Shown here: positions 12,764-25,623 of the stretch, piece after piece
Position numbering within the stretch: the first letter of the stretch is position 1
How the letters are laid out: each line of letters begins with the position of its first letter
DNA from: Cyanophora paradoxa CCMP329
Taxonomy: Eukaryota; Plantae; Glaucophyta
Reading direction: 5' to 3'
DNA length: 64,000 nt
NCBI GenBank assembly: GCA_004431415.1
Contig: QPMI01000470.1
Location: forward strand, 186,001-250,000
Translations under genes and position numbers: made by a program
Notes under the pieces: model-generated
Told to the model about the DNA's origin: nothing
The model's input: only the letters and a program-made list of their open reading frames with translations
Database searches by the model: none

Positions 12764-13477
12764 ATAAAATAAATAAAAAAAACCTGGTCGATTTGGCTGG
12801 ATAAAATAATGGAAAGCGATTGGCGAGAAACTGAAGCGTTTAATACTAGCTGGTATGCATCTTGAAGCTAGAATAAGGCCTAGGCTCAGTTTCGTGCGGA
12901 TGCGGTACGAAATTTTCCTAGATGTATGGCCATACAAAAGCGACGAGGAAAAGGCCAGTTTCGCGGCGAGCTAGCCGAGCTAGCAGCGCGCCCGGCCGGC
13001 GTCTTATTGCCCCAGCGTTCGAGTCCCGGGAAGGGCAGTTGGGGGGAGCGGGGGGGCCTGGGCGGGCCTTGAGCTGCCGGTCCTCCGTTCGCTGTGCTCC
13101 GCTAGAATTTCGGTTGGACATGTATGGCGTATGTAACTATCGGTGTTGCAATTGAATTCTATTTCCCGTGTGACAGATATAGCTCCGCCCCTCTTTCGAA
13201 TTCGATAGCTCCGCCCCTCTTTCGCAAATCAATCACCGGTTCGATCGATTAATCTTATTCCGGAAAATCAGATCCGCTTCATGATCCGTCAGAACCCGCT
13301 TCGACTGGAGTCGACGTCGTTCTGAATTTGATCGTGATCAAGATCATGATCACGTATACGTAATGTTGATTATAGTCTTTCAGCTTGGTGCAACCGTGCA
13401 GGGCCTCGCCAGCGGTCTTCTCGGTCTTGTAGTCGACGTCACGCTGAGTCCAGTTGGACCTATATATATATACTATA

Positions 13478-13710
13478 GCTAGTGGCCCAGCCGCGTTTGT
13501 CGCGCCGGGGGTGCAAGCTTTTAAGGGGGGAACCGGGATCTAATGAAAGAGTCGTAGTGGGACGCACATGCGTGCGGCAGATCGACCCCGGCCCAGTGCG
13601 CGCGGGAGGTTGAAGTGTAAAGATAAACACAGATTAAGATTGAAAAAAAAAGAAAAGGCTCGATAAGCACACGCTGCGATCAAACCGAATTTTGCGGTGC
13701 AAGCTCAATA
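13478..13710 (-). mobile_element. Short insertion with Helitron-like hairpin and CTAG terminus
   Basis: Absent from the paralogous copy at about 8080. Minus strand ends ccggcgcg-acaaa-cgcggctgg-gccactag. Shares motifs with 1457-1500. No terminal inverted repeat. Confidence 0.4.
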
Positions 13711-13771
13711 TATAGCTACTAGTTCTCCTGCCCGTTATATCGATGCTTGCTAGTTCTAGCCTAGTAGGCTA

Positions 13772-14091
13772 TTTTTTTTGGTGAATTACCGGCCACAGCC
13801 TCTAGACACCAGCACTGCGGGGGCTGCCCAGGGGGCATATACAACAAAGAGAACGACGCCGACTGAAATAAGAAAACTAAGGTAAGAATTCGAAGAGCAC
13901 TAAAAGCAACAAGACAAAGAGCCAAAATCGACAGCAGAGGAAGAGAGTCCGAGAAGAGACGACGGACGAGAAAATCCGAGACGGAGACCGAGCTACAGAG
14001 TTAGAAGGCAAAGAAGAGGAAATAGAGAGACACGAGAAAGAACTAGAACCAGCACCGAGATCTACAGTAGACGAAACCGACCAAGGAGGAC
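13772..14091 (-). mobile_element. 5'-truncated non-LTR retroposon (LINE-like 3' end) with poly(A)
   Basis: 9-bp target site duplication AGTAGGCTA (13763-13771 and 14092-14100). T8 on the plus strand corresponds to a poly(A) tail. Tail CTAGAGGCTGTGGCCGGTAATTCACC-An is shared with 16592-16651 and 32610-32675. Absent from the paralogous site at about 8130. Confidence 0.85.
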
Positions 14092-14540
14092 AGTAGGCTA
14101 GGGTTACCACCGACTTACCGGTAGTCGACCTCGCGCTCGAAGGTAGCAGCGCTAGCCTGATTTCCTTCGCTTTAATGCCCTTTTCAAGTTTGCCTGCTCT
14201 TGAATCTCGAGCCACTAGTACTGGCAGACCCAGGCGCCGGCAGAGTCTGGCACAACTGCCTCTTCAAAGGCTTGTGGTGACACTGGTGAGGCCAGGTGAG
14301 CCTACCGTGTGGCACTATAAGTCTATAACACCGCGCTCACTTCATTATAATTCACCAAAAAAAATATAATTACCGCGGTACCAAATTAATTACCGGCGAT
14401 TTTACCGCGCCAAACCAAAATCTGGACATAACCGTTGAGTACAAGTTGGCGGAAACCAAACCAATATCTGGACATAACCAAAATGCGCCGTACGGCCCGT
14501 ACCGTACAAGTTGGTACAACACTTAAGTAATTAACGCGCG

Positions 14541-14731
14541 CACTTAATTAATGCGCCCCCAATTTAAATTATTACGTTTTTCGCTGGCAAAACGCTGGCA
14601 AAAAATGCATTAATTACCAACGCCCAGCGGCCTTCTCGGTCTTGTAGTCGACGTCACGCTGAATCACAGGTACCAATCGCTGGCAAAACGCTGGCAAAAA
14701 ATGCATTGATTACTGGCGCATTAATGAAGTG
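14541..14731. mobile_element. Degenerate MITE-like element
   Basis: Inverted pair CACTTAATTAATGCGCC (14541-14557) and GGCGCATTAATGAAGTG (14715-14731). The same terminal motif and the internal CGCTGGCAAAACGC motif occur at 32447-32862. Confidence 0.55.
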
Positions 14732-15248
14732 TGCATGATCATGAGGTACCGAATCACAGGTACCAATCGCCGAGTCGGTTCGATGGTACCGATCGACTGC
14801 CGGTAGCCTACTAGGCTACTACTAGGTAGTAGGTACTCGTACTAGTCTCGTAGGTCGGCATTTGGGCTCCGCGGCACTAGTACTGCCGCGCGCAGGCCCG
14901 CAGTGCGGGCCTGCATACGGCAGTGCAGCGGCACACGCAGCGCTAGCGGCAGCGCCGGCAGGCTGCCGGCAGCAGCTAGCGACGCCTAGTAGTAGCGACG
15001 GTAGTACGTATACGGTATACCCGGTGACCGTACGCTTGGCCAGCAGCGGAGGAGAAGTGGACTCGCCGAGTCGAGCTCCCGGAGTCCCCGGCCTGGGAGT
15101 CCGGGTCCGACTCGTCCGAGTCCCCCAGCGGCCGCAGCGCTAGTCTCCAGCCCAACGCAGCAGAAGCGCTATAGCTATAGCTCAGCGGCTGGGCGCCACG
15201 AATTCGAAGGCCGCGCGCGCGCAGCACTGCAAGTAGAATCTCCGAATA

Positions 15249-18200
15249 ATGGGCGCCTCGAATGCGAAGTGCTACTCGACTTTGAACTGCTCGGGGACCC
15301 CGGGGCTCAGCGTTGAGTCGTGAGCCCCCGAGCCCAGCCCCGTCGCCAGCACCGATCTAGAACTGTGCACGCGTGCCGCATTCACAGCGCGCATCGCGGT
15401 ACTATAGCTGCGGTACTTTATGCATATCATTATAACCGCCACGGCAGAGCCGGTGCTGTCAGCGAAGTCTGCCAGTCTTCCTCGTACTGGTCGGGCCAGG
15501 CGCAAGGGAGCGACGTGTGCGTGCCCTCCAGGCTGTTCTGCTACTCTTCCAGGTGCTTCCAGGTGTATACGTACATGTATATCAACGTTTTCACTGATGA
15601 GTATGACGGTATCAGCGACTGCTCCGGCACTCCGTGGCTACCAGCTGACTCCAGCTCGAAGGCAGCGCTCAGAACTTAGTGCGCACTCGAACTTGAGACC
15701 TTAAGCTTGCCATTAATATTGATCACAAATTTATAGATGCATATGCATATATATATACATCTTTTGCGCCGTGAGCTTTCGTGGCTCGCGATCGCTGATC
15801 ATGTTCATGAATCGAACTGTTGTGCAGCCAGCCCGCGGGTGTGTCGGACCTTGACGCGCTCAACCGCTGCAACATCCCCGCATATATCGTGGTCGATGTA
15901 CGACGCTGACGCTGCATAAATATTTCTCACGAACGAAACTCTGAGAGCTCGCATATACTAAGTTATAACTTATTACTTATGACGCATGCGGACACCCGTA
16001 AAAAAACTCAGTTCTCACGGAACGGTCGAGCCAAAAATCCTCGGTAGTTTGATTGAGGTCAGAAAACTTACCTTAGGGTTGTGTTAACGCATATGAGAAC
16101 ACAGTGTGGCATAGTCGACGTCGGAAGTCCGACCGTCGGACGGTCGACGTCCGACGTTGCGACGGGCGACTCCCGGACCCGGGAGTTTGTTCAGCGACTC
16201 CGGAGTCCGCGTGCGTTAACGTTGCTGCACCGTACTACTTTTAGTACGGTACGCCACCGTACTACGGTACGCGCCGGCGCGTGGCGCCGCAGTACCGTGG
16301 TACTACCGGTAGTACCGACTCCGAACTTAGAGTCCGAAGTTCGAGTCCGAACACGGTCTGCTGCACATGTACAGCGGCACTACAGCCACTGAGCCTGCAT
16401 GGCAGAGCGTTTGGCCCAGACTCCGCCGCCCAGTGGCCCGGCGGCGGCGGGGCGCCGGCCCGGCGGCCGGCGCCGGCGCCTCTAATATGGCCCGCTATAG
16501 CGCTAGGCTAAATAATACTGTAGAACTAGAAATATTAAGTGGGCTGCATATTTATAGTACTTAAAAAGTTTTGGGCAATTTCCTAAATATTACACGCCCC
16601 CACAGTGCTGGAGTAGACTAGAGGCTGTGGCCGGTAATTCACCAAAAAAAACATTTCGTAAATATTTCTCGCCTGCTAAAGCCGAGATTTCGCAGGGGTA
16701 CTCCTTTCTTCGCCATACAAAAGCTCTGCGAAGACCGACCTACCAATAGCTAAAAAAAAGCTTAGGGCCGCGGGGATGAACCGGCATAAGCGAAGACCGA
16801 CCTACCAATGCTACCATTGCTACCAATAGCTAAAAAAAAGCTTAGGGCCGCGGCCCGCGGGGCTGAACCGGTATACATGCTAGTACTGGCCGCCGGACCG
16901 CGGCCCGGCGGGCCCGCTAGCGCGCGGCCCGGCTGAACCGGTGAAAAGCGGCCGCCGGGCCGCGGCAAGTTCACTAGCCTAGTACCGTAGCTGGCCCTGC
17001 TAGCCTGGCAGTGGCAACTAGTATAAACCAATAGGCTAGCTATTAATTTGCGATCGCGAGGACGTCGACGTTCCGGGCAACTTCCGGCCCCATTACACCG
17101 AAATCTGACGGACGACTCCGAAAGCTAGCGCCCGATAGGCCAGCTTGACGTCATTGAACGGTTAGAAAAAAGCGAGTGGTCCGGTTGAAACGGTAAAACA
17201 AATTACAAAGTGGTCCGGTTAGACTCCGGTAAGTATATACGTATATATATATACCGGACCGGCCAACGCGCGTTCAAGAATTATTAATTGCTGGCAATCC
17301 GATTCCGAGTCTGCACCCGAGCTCTGCCCCTTTCCTCGTGTCGTCCCCAGTTCCTCAGATTAGTCTTCAGCCGTCCATTGTTTTACCAACTCTACAATCT
17401 CGATTCCGTTTAGACACTCCGCCAGCTTCGACTTTCCCCTCTAGTGGTGTCCTACGTTTCGCCTCTCCTACTGTTCTACCGCCTTTGCCTCCTGCGACTA
17501 CGTCTTCTAGTTCTGCTGTTAGCTCTGTCTTGTCGTCTTCGTCTAGATCTTCGTCTTCGACTGTAGTTCCTCGTGCTCGTTCTCCTTATTTGCTGCGTCC
17601 CCGTGCTCCTCGTCGTTCTAGTGTGACTAGTACTTCTGCATCGACGCCCTTGAGCTCTTCTACTCCTTCTCCTCGTGCTCGTTCTCCTTATCTTTTGCGT
17701 TCTTCTGATCGTGTCCTTTCTCGTGATCCCTCTTGATTCTGTATATATTTTGTGCTAGTTTACTGTATCTTTGATTTGTGATTGCTTTGTTGTCTTTAAT
17801 ATCACTACCTACGGGGGGTTCGCCCCACCGTAGTCTCTCAAAAAAAAGATATAGGCCAGCGCTAGCTTGACGACTTCGGAAGCTTTAATATTCGAAAATC
17901 GTGAAAATTGTATTTTTCTTTCAGTCAAGTGCCAGTTCGACGACTTCGGAAGCATTAATATTCGAAAATCATAACAATTGTTGTGTCAAGTCAAATCAAG
18001 TTGACGTGTGTCACGGTGTCACCCACACAGTGCCACACGTGGCGTTCGGGCCGCGTTCCTACGCTTAAAAAATGTTCGAAAATAAACCCAAAAAACAAAT
18101 ATCGTAACGGCCATTTCGCGAAAGAGTTCGTCGGCGAATCGTCGCAGACCGACTCCTAGCATCATGACCACGTCGGAATTAAGCATGCGAGAACTATTAA

Positions 18201-21200
18201 AAAAGTACATTTTCCTTCAGTGAAGTTGACGTGTGTCGTCGACAACTGGCATGAATATATATTCCGAAGAAGCAACATACATGTTATACAAAAAAAAGGA
18301 GCTCGAAATTCGCGATCGATCCTCGAATTAATAGCATGCATGCTGTAATTATGTAATTAAAAAGCAACTAATTCGATTGTTACCGGCCGCACTAAGGTCC
18401 GATACCGGCCGGGCCGCACTAAGCCAGCTTGACGTTATCGAACGCACTCAAAAATAAGTATGCCATCTAAGTAATTGTCTTTTTGTTCATTTAGCCCACA
18501 GACTCAACTCCAATTCATACTTTACTATGGAATCGATGGGCTCAATGGTGGAGACATTCGCAATCTTCATTCACTTCTTTCCTCGTATGGCGCCGCATTT
18601 CACAACGCAGCGAGTGCTGCGTTCGACTTGTACAACTTGCGATATCGAATCCACGTCACCGGAAATGCCCATGGCATCTTTGCTACTCGTGCCCGAATCC
18701 ACGACAGCTTGGAATGTTGGCGACCAAGTCATCCGAACTTTCACTGGCAACACCGCGCGACATGCTGCAGGAGAGAAATGCACCCAATGCGGATCACAGA
18801 TCTTTCATAACGTCATTGCAACACAGTGGCCAGAGATCCTTATCATCAATGCCGGAGATCGAACAATGCCAAATCGTCTTAAACAACTTCCTCTTCATGT
18901 GCAGGTGTGCTCATTTGATTGCCGCAAACATGCTAGACCTTTGACATTTGTTTTGCAATAAATAGATACCAGGTTTGCCACCTTACCATCTAGCGGCGAT
19001 CGCTCTTTTCCCACTTGGACATTTCAATGCATTCGTGATGATGCAGTGCGGCAACAATGCTCCTTTTGTGTACCGCTATGACGATATGCGTGATTCCGGA
19101 ACGGACGGATGCCTCTACCCAGTTGTTCCAACCTTCGCAGCGCTGAATGATTCCTTGTCGCCTAGCGAATTCAGCAATGTACATTTCCTTTTCTTTGTGC
19201 GCCAAGCTTAACGACAGCAAGCTCGATTCGTACGATTTTTTAACTTACTCTAAGCTCGACTTTCAAAGCTTTCTTAGGCTTACTGTCTGTTGCTCGATCG
19301 CTCAAGCAGTGTGTCCTGATTTCGGCTCCATTTTAAATTTAGTCTGATCCTCCACTTCCAAAGCTTATCTCGAATTTTCGCTGTATGCCATCTTATAAAA
19401 TAAGTGACTTGCACATTCACTTCTGCCTGCTCTTTTAATAATGCCGTCAATAGGTGGGGGGGTGCGGGGGGGCTTGCCCCCCTGCTTGTTAATATTTGAA
19501 TTCGCGGCGCAGGGTCAAGCGCGCCTTTCCCAGAAGTACGCGCTCAGCTACAAGAATGCCAACGACGGGACGTGCTACCCTGCCCACGAGTTAATCGCCT
19601 GCTACAAGGACTACAAATGCTCGAGCGCCACCGCGGCAGACGTCACCTACGTTCGCGGACGGGACCCGTGCGCATTGCATGAATTAATATATATTGTATA
19701 CACATGCCAAATATAAATATCAGCCCTCGGACATTCGTCGATCTTCATACTGGAGAGTTAATAAAGTTACTTCAAATCTGCAAACTTAAGCTCACATTTG
19801 TTTGTATCCGCAGCTCAAAGTGCCCGTCGACCACGGCGAGCTGGCAGCAACAGGAATTAAACAGCAAATGCAACACCAATGCCGTTCTCTGCTATAGATA
19901 CGCGGATTGTACAGACAGCCCTACAATCGGCAAGGACGCGGCAGGCAATACCTATTCAAAATAGTGCGAAGCACCTTTTAAAAAATTTTCATATCCGGAT
20001 CCCGCATGCATATGCGCACATAGACGACAACGTTTAATTTGAAATCGCAGCCAGCCGACCGGCCTTCCGGATTCCGAGGCGCTGCTCCGTTGCCCTGCAG
20101 GGTACGCGCCCCCGCACATTTCTGGTCGGCACCGTGACGTCTGCAATTGCATTTGATTTGCGAGCCCTCGACTAGGACGAGGGCGTACAAAGATCCGGGA
20201 TCCGTGTGTAAGGCGGCCAAGACAGGCGGAACGTGCTTCCAGGCAAGCGACGGGCCCGCGCGCCTTTAATTTGAAGGTTTTTGTATGCTGCTGGTACCTA
20301 AAGCCCCTCAAGTAGAGCAGGGACTGCTCATCAACGGACCCTTCCGGAGCGGATAGCAAACGCGTACTCGACATGTAAGTGCTAATAATACATGCCCCTT
20401 GGGGCTCTAAACCGGCTGCACTGCACCCGAAACTGCAGCTGTCTTTCAGCTGCTCAGTGCTTTGCATATGCATTAATATTCTTTCAATCAGATCAATGTG
20501 CGATAAGTCGGCAAATTCGTTCATGAAGGATGGAGATTGGCAATGCAAGGCGACGAAGTTGCTTTGTTATGCGAACGAGTGCGCCTTTATCTACTTGGTC
20601 TCTCTATAATTATAAATTATCAGTCTAAACTCTGTGCTGAGCGCGAGCGGCTGCGCGTTCAGATCCTGCACCGGCACGCCTTCAGCAGGAAAGGACGCCG
20701 CTGGGAATACCGTCAGCTCATAGTGCGTCAAGTTCGCGTTTGCGCCCCTCTCGAGCTCGATCTCTAGATCCTAAAGTCTAAATTACAATCCACACGACGC
20801 AGCCAGCCGGCCGGAGTGACAGACCAGCAGGCCTGGGCGCGCTGTCCGGTCAGTGAATACAACGATATAATTATCTTCGTTATACATCTTCTGACACGCA
20901 CACGGTCTCGTATCTGAAGGGTGGCACCATCGCTGTGAGGGAGGCCAACTCTAACATATGCAACAAAAATGTTCACCTGGGCACCGCGTGGTAAGAGGCA
21001 TATTTAATGATTATTCCTCTGAATTCCAGTCAATGTCAATGATCATAATGATGCGCGTGTACTGCATGCGGCAATTGATTCGATCTGCAGCTATTCTGAT
21101 GTCGATTGCGCGTCTACCCCCACGTATGTGTTCGGCATGAAGTGCCCCTCCGGTACCGTAGCGGTGCGAACGAAGCCTCCCCCCCCGCAATTACAGCTAG

Positions 21201-22519
21201 GCCTGCGGCTTCTTTGCGATTTGGATTTAGACTGATTCAAACAAACCGCGAATATTAATCGTGTGCATCATCGTTCAGATTGAAAAAGGAGTCCCCGAGT
21301 ACAACGATTACACCGCCTGCTACAAAGTAAAGACAACGTGCTACGACGAACTCGACTGCAAAGGGTCTGTTGGCGGAGTCGGCTCACAAGAGAATGATTG
21401 CCCCGTTGGTATTTTCTTCTCACAGTAGACTACATGCACGATCTTCGAACTCGTCTTAACAGATGCTTTCCCGTCTCAGGCACGAAATCACAGCTCATCA
21501 CTCGAGACGACGGCTCGAAGACCTGCTCGAACAGTGCGAAGTGCTACGCCACGAACAACTGGTAAGACCGGGTCTAGAACTGGCGCCAGTGTAGTGCGGT
21601 ATTTAATGGTATCGATGAAACTCGATCTAGATCTCTCTGCGAAGTATTCTGTGTGCGTCCTCCGCTGATGCTTGCCGCACCGTTGCAGCTCGGGCGCGTT
21701 TGAGTACGCTCCGACGCCGTTTGCAGACAGGTCTGCAGCTGGCTTTCTAAGCTGTCTTTAATTTACAGAGGAAGCCGACAATCGGTTATCGGACTCGCAC
21801 CTTTACCATTCGGAAACGCAGATCAAGCTGTCTGCGAGTCATGGCCAACACGTCGTCCGCGAGTTCGAAAACCGTAGTCTATGGAAGCTCGTCTGAAAAT
21901 TGCGTTGGTTTCTCCTACGACGTCGACGCAGTCTCCTATGACGAGGTGCGCCCACCAATCATATATAATTAATTTATACATACTTTCGAATTCCCGCGCC
22001 CGGCCTGCAGTTGGCCATGGCGTGTGCATGCGCGCTAATTCGTTCGCGCAGCCGACGGAGCCGATTGCACTGCCACCTGGATATTCGGGGGGTCCGTACA
22101 TACTCCCCAGCGTATACGCGGACGAGGAAGACGACCTCGAAAGCGTATACGCGGACGAGGACGACGACCTCGAAGCCGTGTGCCACGAGTCAGAATTCGA
22201 GGTGAAGTGCATTAAAAAAAATTTGCTTCCGATCCTATCTAGACGCGACATATATTTAATTAGCACTTTAGCTAACTGCGAGCGCGGGGCGGGGTCGCGT
22301 GCGCGCGTGTTTCCCTCCAGGCTCTGGATGCGCTGGAGGGCTCCGCGGGGGCTGCCTGAGCAAACTTCGAGACGGATCCTGCCCATGGGCATCGACGCCA
22401 ACGCCGCCGCCGCCGCAGCGACGCATGCACAGCTCGAGATCAACAACGTCGACGTCCGCGCACGCGCAGCTCGGAAGCAGCGCGCCGGGGCTAGCTTCCA
22501 CATCATTAGCATTAGTTAG
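15249..22519 (+). CDS. Cys-rich tandem-repeat protein with many small exons; one intron of about 3.6 kb is filled with mobile-element remnants; possibly a pseudogene
   Basis: Recurrent C-x5/7-CY/F-x3/4-C...CP-x-G units in spliced exons: KCYSTLNCSGTP (about 15265), VCVPSRLFCYSS/DCSGTP, QPAGVSDLDALNRC (about 15830), TCYPAHELIACYKDYKC (about 19570), KCNTNAVLCYRYADC, QPTGLPDSEALLRCPA, QCKATKLLCYAN, QPAGVTDQQAWARCPV, ACYKVKTTCYDELDC...DCPVG, TCSNSAKCYATNNC. Both ends are uncertain. Confidence 0.65.
16592..16651 (+). mobile_element. Heavily 5'-truncated copy of the SINE tail
   Basis: Identical to 32611-32670, followed by poly(A). Flanked by the near-duplicate ATTTC(C/G)TAAATATT. Confidence 0.8.
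17300..17847 (+). mobile_element. Probable 3' fragment of another non-LTR retroelement
   Basis: Pyrimidine-skewed Ser/Arg-rich ORF end (PRARSPYLLR twice, stop at 17736), T-rich UTR, hairpin CTACGGGGGG-TTCG-CCCCACCGTAG, then A8. No target site duplication identified. Confidence 0.45.
18495..19211 (+). pseudogene. Ubiquitin-specific protease (peptidase C19)-like C-terminal fragment in a low-GC segment
   Basis: CTTC and CTQC zinc-ribbon pairs, WPEILII, an intron at about 18905-18965, then YHLAAI..LGHFNAFV..YRYDD (His-box-like) and VHFLFFVR. The N-terminal Cys box was not found. Confidence 0.55.
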
Positions 22520-23102
22520 AAACCTCTTAAGCTTTAGCTAGATATCCAGACGCGAAACCTTCAAACCTTTCGTTCATTTTGTACTTTTCTGAAGCACAGT
22601 ATACGACGGTCCTTGGTAGTATCTAGTCGGAGAGATTTATTGGGCGATGTGAAACGCGTTGTAGTTGTGTTGTGTGCTGATGCAAGAGTGTGCACAAAGC
22701 AGCGCGCCGGGGCCATGCCCTTGATCTTATGAGCGACCTATAGCTAGAAGTGTACGCGTACGGTGCGAGTGGATACTAGTGCTACGTATACGGTGTAGAT
22801 CAACGTCCGAAATTCACAGTACGACGAGCACTGCGTGACACCTTTGCATAGTACACGTGTTTAATTTAATTTGATTGTTAGCAATCTGCCTATATAGGGG
22901 GCACCTTTAATGTATATCAGTCACAAATTAAAGCCGTCGTCAAGGAAATCAGGGTCGACGTCGACCAGCTCATTCCAACCTCCCTTTCCCCCCTGCAGCC
23001 GTTTCCTATCTCTTGAATCTTAATATTTATAGTCTTGCTCAGGTTAAAGATGTACATGTATGGCCTGCAGCTGCCTAGCTATAAGCATTCGAGCCGGAGA
23101 GG

Positions 23103-25623
23103 TCATCCTAGAGAGATGGTACCGCCGTCCTTGACAATCACTGTCGCCCCGTTGCCGAATACCAGGCATGCCGTCCCCGCCCCGCACGACGCCGGCCGCG
23201 GCGTCTGCTTGCGCCGCGGCGACCGGACGCGTTCGAGTCAGGTTTGATGTGAGCGAGGTGATCATGAGCACGATATCGATGGCGGGGGTACCGGAGTGGG
23301 AAAGGCGATGTCGACGGCCCAGATCTGAGCGGGCAGCGGCTGGTTGTTCAAGATGGAGAGGAACGCCAGCGACCTGTCGGGGGCGGCGTCGACTCGACTC
23401 ACAATGGAAAAGATTGAAGCGGAGCGAAACGGGGCGCGCGAACCGGGGAGGGTCCAGGGACAGACCCGCCAGAACCGCGCTCGGTCCTGTCGTCACGTTC
23501 GTCGCGCCGCATCTGCAAGCCAGGCCCGGCGCCGGGCGGCCGGGATCAAAGGAATTAGAGGGGGGCGAGCTCCCGTGGCACGCGGGCTCCGGGGGTGCCA
23601 GCGTGCTCACATGACCGTCGTGACGACGCCTGCGCATGCGCATCAATAATGTTTTTGTATCAACAAGGGTGCGCGGAAACGGCGAGGGAAGGCAAGGGAC
23701 GTCGGGATGCATATGGATCCCCGGGGGCCAGATAAGGATGGGCTCAATCGCGAGGAAAGGAATCGGGCGCGAAATTTCGAGGAATTTCGAGGCGGTCGGG
23801 GGGCATGAAGGGAGGGGGGAAGCAGCCCACGAGGGCAGGGCTGAGGACGGGCCGAAGGGCCTAGAAGCACTAGTACGGGAGGGCGGCTTTTCACCTGTCG
23901 GCACGTGGAGCTTCCGGAGGCACAGCGTCGTGAGGAGATGCGTGATGTAGAGGGTTTGCCCTGGGCGATAATACGCTGAAGAGTGGGGATTTGTGAAGCG
24001 GGCGTTCGTGCCGACCCCTGCGCATGCCGCCCTGCAGCGTTAGAGGCTTCTACACTCGGTTCGGTTCAGAAATGATGTCTATCCTAGACGTCAAGTAATC
24101 CGATCGATATCTGTTAACGTGCAGAGAGGAGCATACCGTCGGCTAGGCCCGACGCAGCCACGGGAGGTGGCCGCCCTGCAATCGTCGTAACCTGCCAACC
24201 CCGACAGCGCTCATAATCAGCCGAGCTGCATTGTACACGCGTACGTGCAAAAGTGGTAGGCCTAGGGCCGCAGATCACAGCTAGTGCCGTACCGTCCCCG
24301 TCGCCACGACGATGTGGCGGATCGCGTTATTGTCCAAGTCGGTCGCGAGGAGAATCCCGGGCTCGATCTGGCGCCGAACCACGGATTGATCTCTAATCAA
24401 GCTGGCATATGGCGTACAATTCGATTTCTTCAATCATCGACGTCGACCTACCTCGACCATGGATGACAGAATGCGGAATCGCGCGGACGCGCCTGTCCGA
24501 CGGTCAGCACGCGCGCTTTCAAAAAATGGGATAGAGAAGCATGCTGAGATCGCTCGCCTGTCCCGTCAGCAAAGCCGGTTGTGCTGTTCCCTGCAATTCT
24601 TTGGGGGGTGCTCCACGCTAAATTCGGATGGGGAGTTGGTTGCAATTGAGAGAGAGCGGAAGTGGTACCGGAAATCTAGATCTCGCACTCTGTAGGTCCG
24701 TGTAAAAGACCTGGCCGTTTGCATAAAAGTAGAGGGTCCGCTGGTCGATGCCGATGCACTGGCGGGGAAATGAAACTGGGCGGACGAAGAGACGCACAGC
24801 TCATGCGTATGGTGGGACATGTTCGGACCAGGGCCGAGAACTGTTCCCCTGAAGGTATCTGAAGGGGGGTATCGACGTAGCTGTCGTTCATGCGTATCCG
24901 CCGCAGCAACCCCACAGCTGTCGAGCCCGTCGCCCCTCCCTGGGCTGCAAGATTGACGGGTTACTTGAAGTTAGCGGTCGAGGCGATGCACCATGGCCAG
25001 CGGCCGTGGCGTGCACGTGGGGTTCCACGCACGGATATACATGTGCGTGCAGAGATCGTTCAAAATGATGCCCTTGCTGCCGGTCGTGACGGTGAGGGTA
25101 GCGCTCGTTCCGAACCCGTCTGCTGTGCCCCCCGTGCTCCCTCCCGCCAGAGTAGACGCTGCGCACGCGCGCGCGCGGGCCGCCCGCAGAATCAGCGATC
25201 AGATCGCCGCAGTGCCGCCACGAACGCCGCCAGTCCCGGCCCTAGGCCTGGAGGCGGGGCACACTCGCACCTGTAAACGTCGCATTGTCGTTTGTCGTCG
25301 TATTCACCTTGTAGATAGCCGTCGAGCTTGCAGGGCCCACAACAAACAGCTGCTGGGTCGCTACGCAGTTCGCCATGCCACGCGGGGCGTTCCCCACACC
25401 TGCAGCTCCCCACGTGTACCGTATCGACCCTGCGCATGCGCGCGTGATCATGAGCGCGAGGTTTCAAGTTTAAAGGCTCACGTGCACGCGCAGTTGATTA
25501 TAACATAGCAAGCGGCGGACCCTCGGACGCGAAGCTGTAGACATCGCCAAAGGCGGGGTGCGCGCGCCACAGAAGCAGGCACACCCAGGTCAAGCTTAAG
25601 CTCAATTGAAAGGACGCGGCCAT
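23103..25623 (-). CDS. Secreted NHL-repeat / beta-propeller protein, multi-exon
   Basis: Signal peptide MAASFQLSLSLTWVCLLLWRAHPAFG. Blade-like exons: VGNAPRGMANCVATQQLFVV, GTADGFGTSA, IAGNSTTGFADGTG, ILLATDLDNNAIRHIVVATG, GVGTNARFTNP..LYITH..LRKL. Candidate stop at 23103-23105. Confidence 0.7.

Larger units (their letters stand above)
13138..14217. repeat. Second copy of the 7739-8265 repeat with two nested insertions
   Basis: Homology blocks at 13138-13470, 13717-13771 and 14101-14217. Insertions at about 13472-13716 and 13772-14091. Confidence 0.88.

Noticed and set aside
13474-13718. 8-bp TATAGCTA duplication suggesting a hAT element
   Set aside because: There are no terminal inverted repeats, and TATAGCTA-like words are common throughout the window.
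19952-20548. 198-aa minus-strand ORF
   Set aside because: It is antisense to well-patterned Cys-repeat exons on the plus strand and is likely a shadow ORF.
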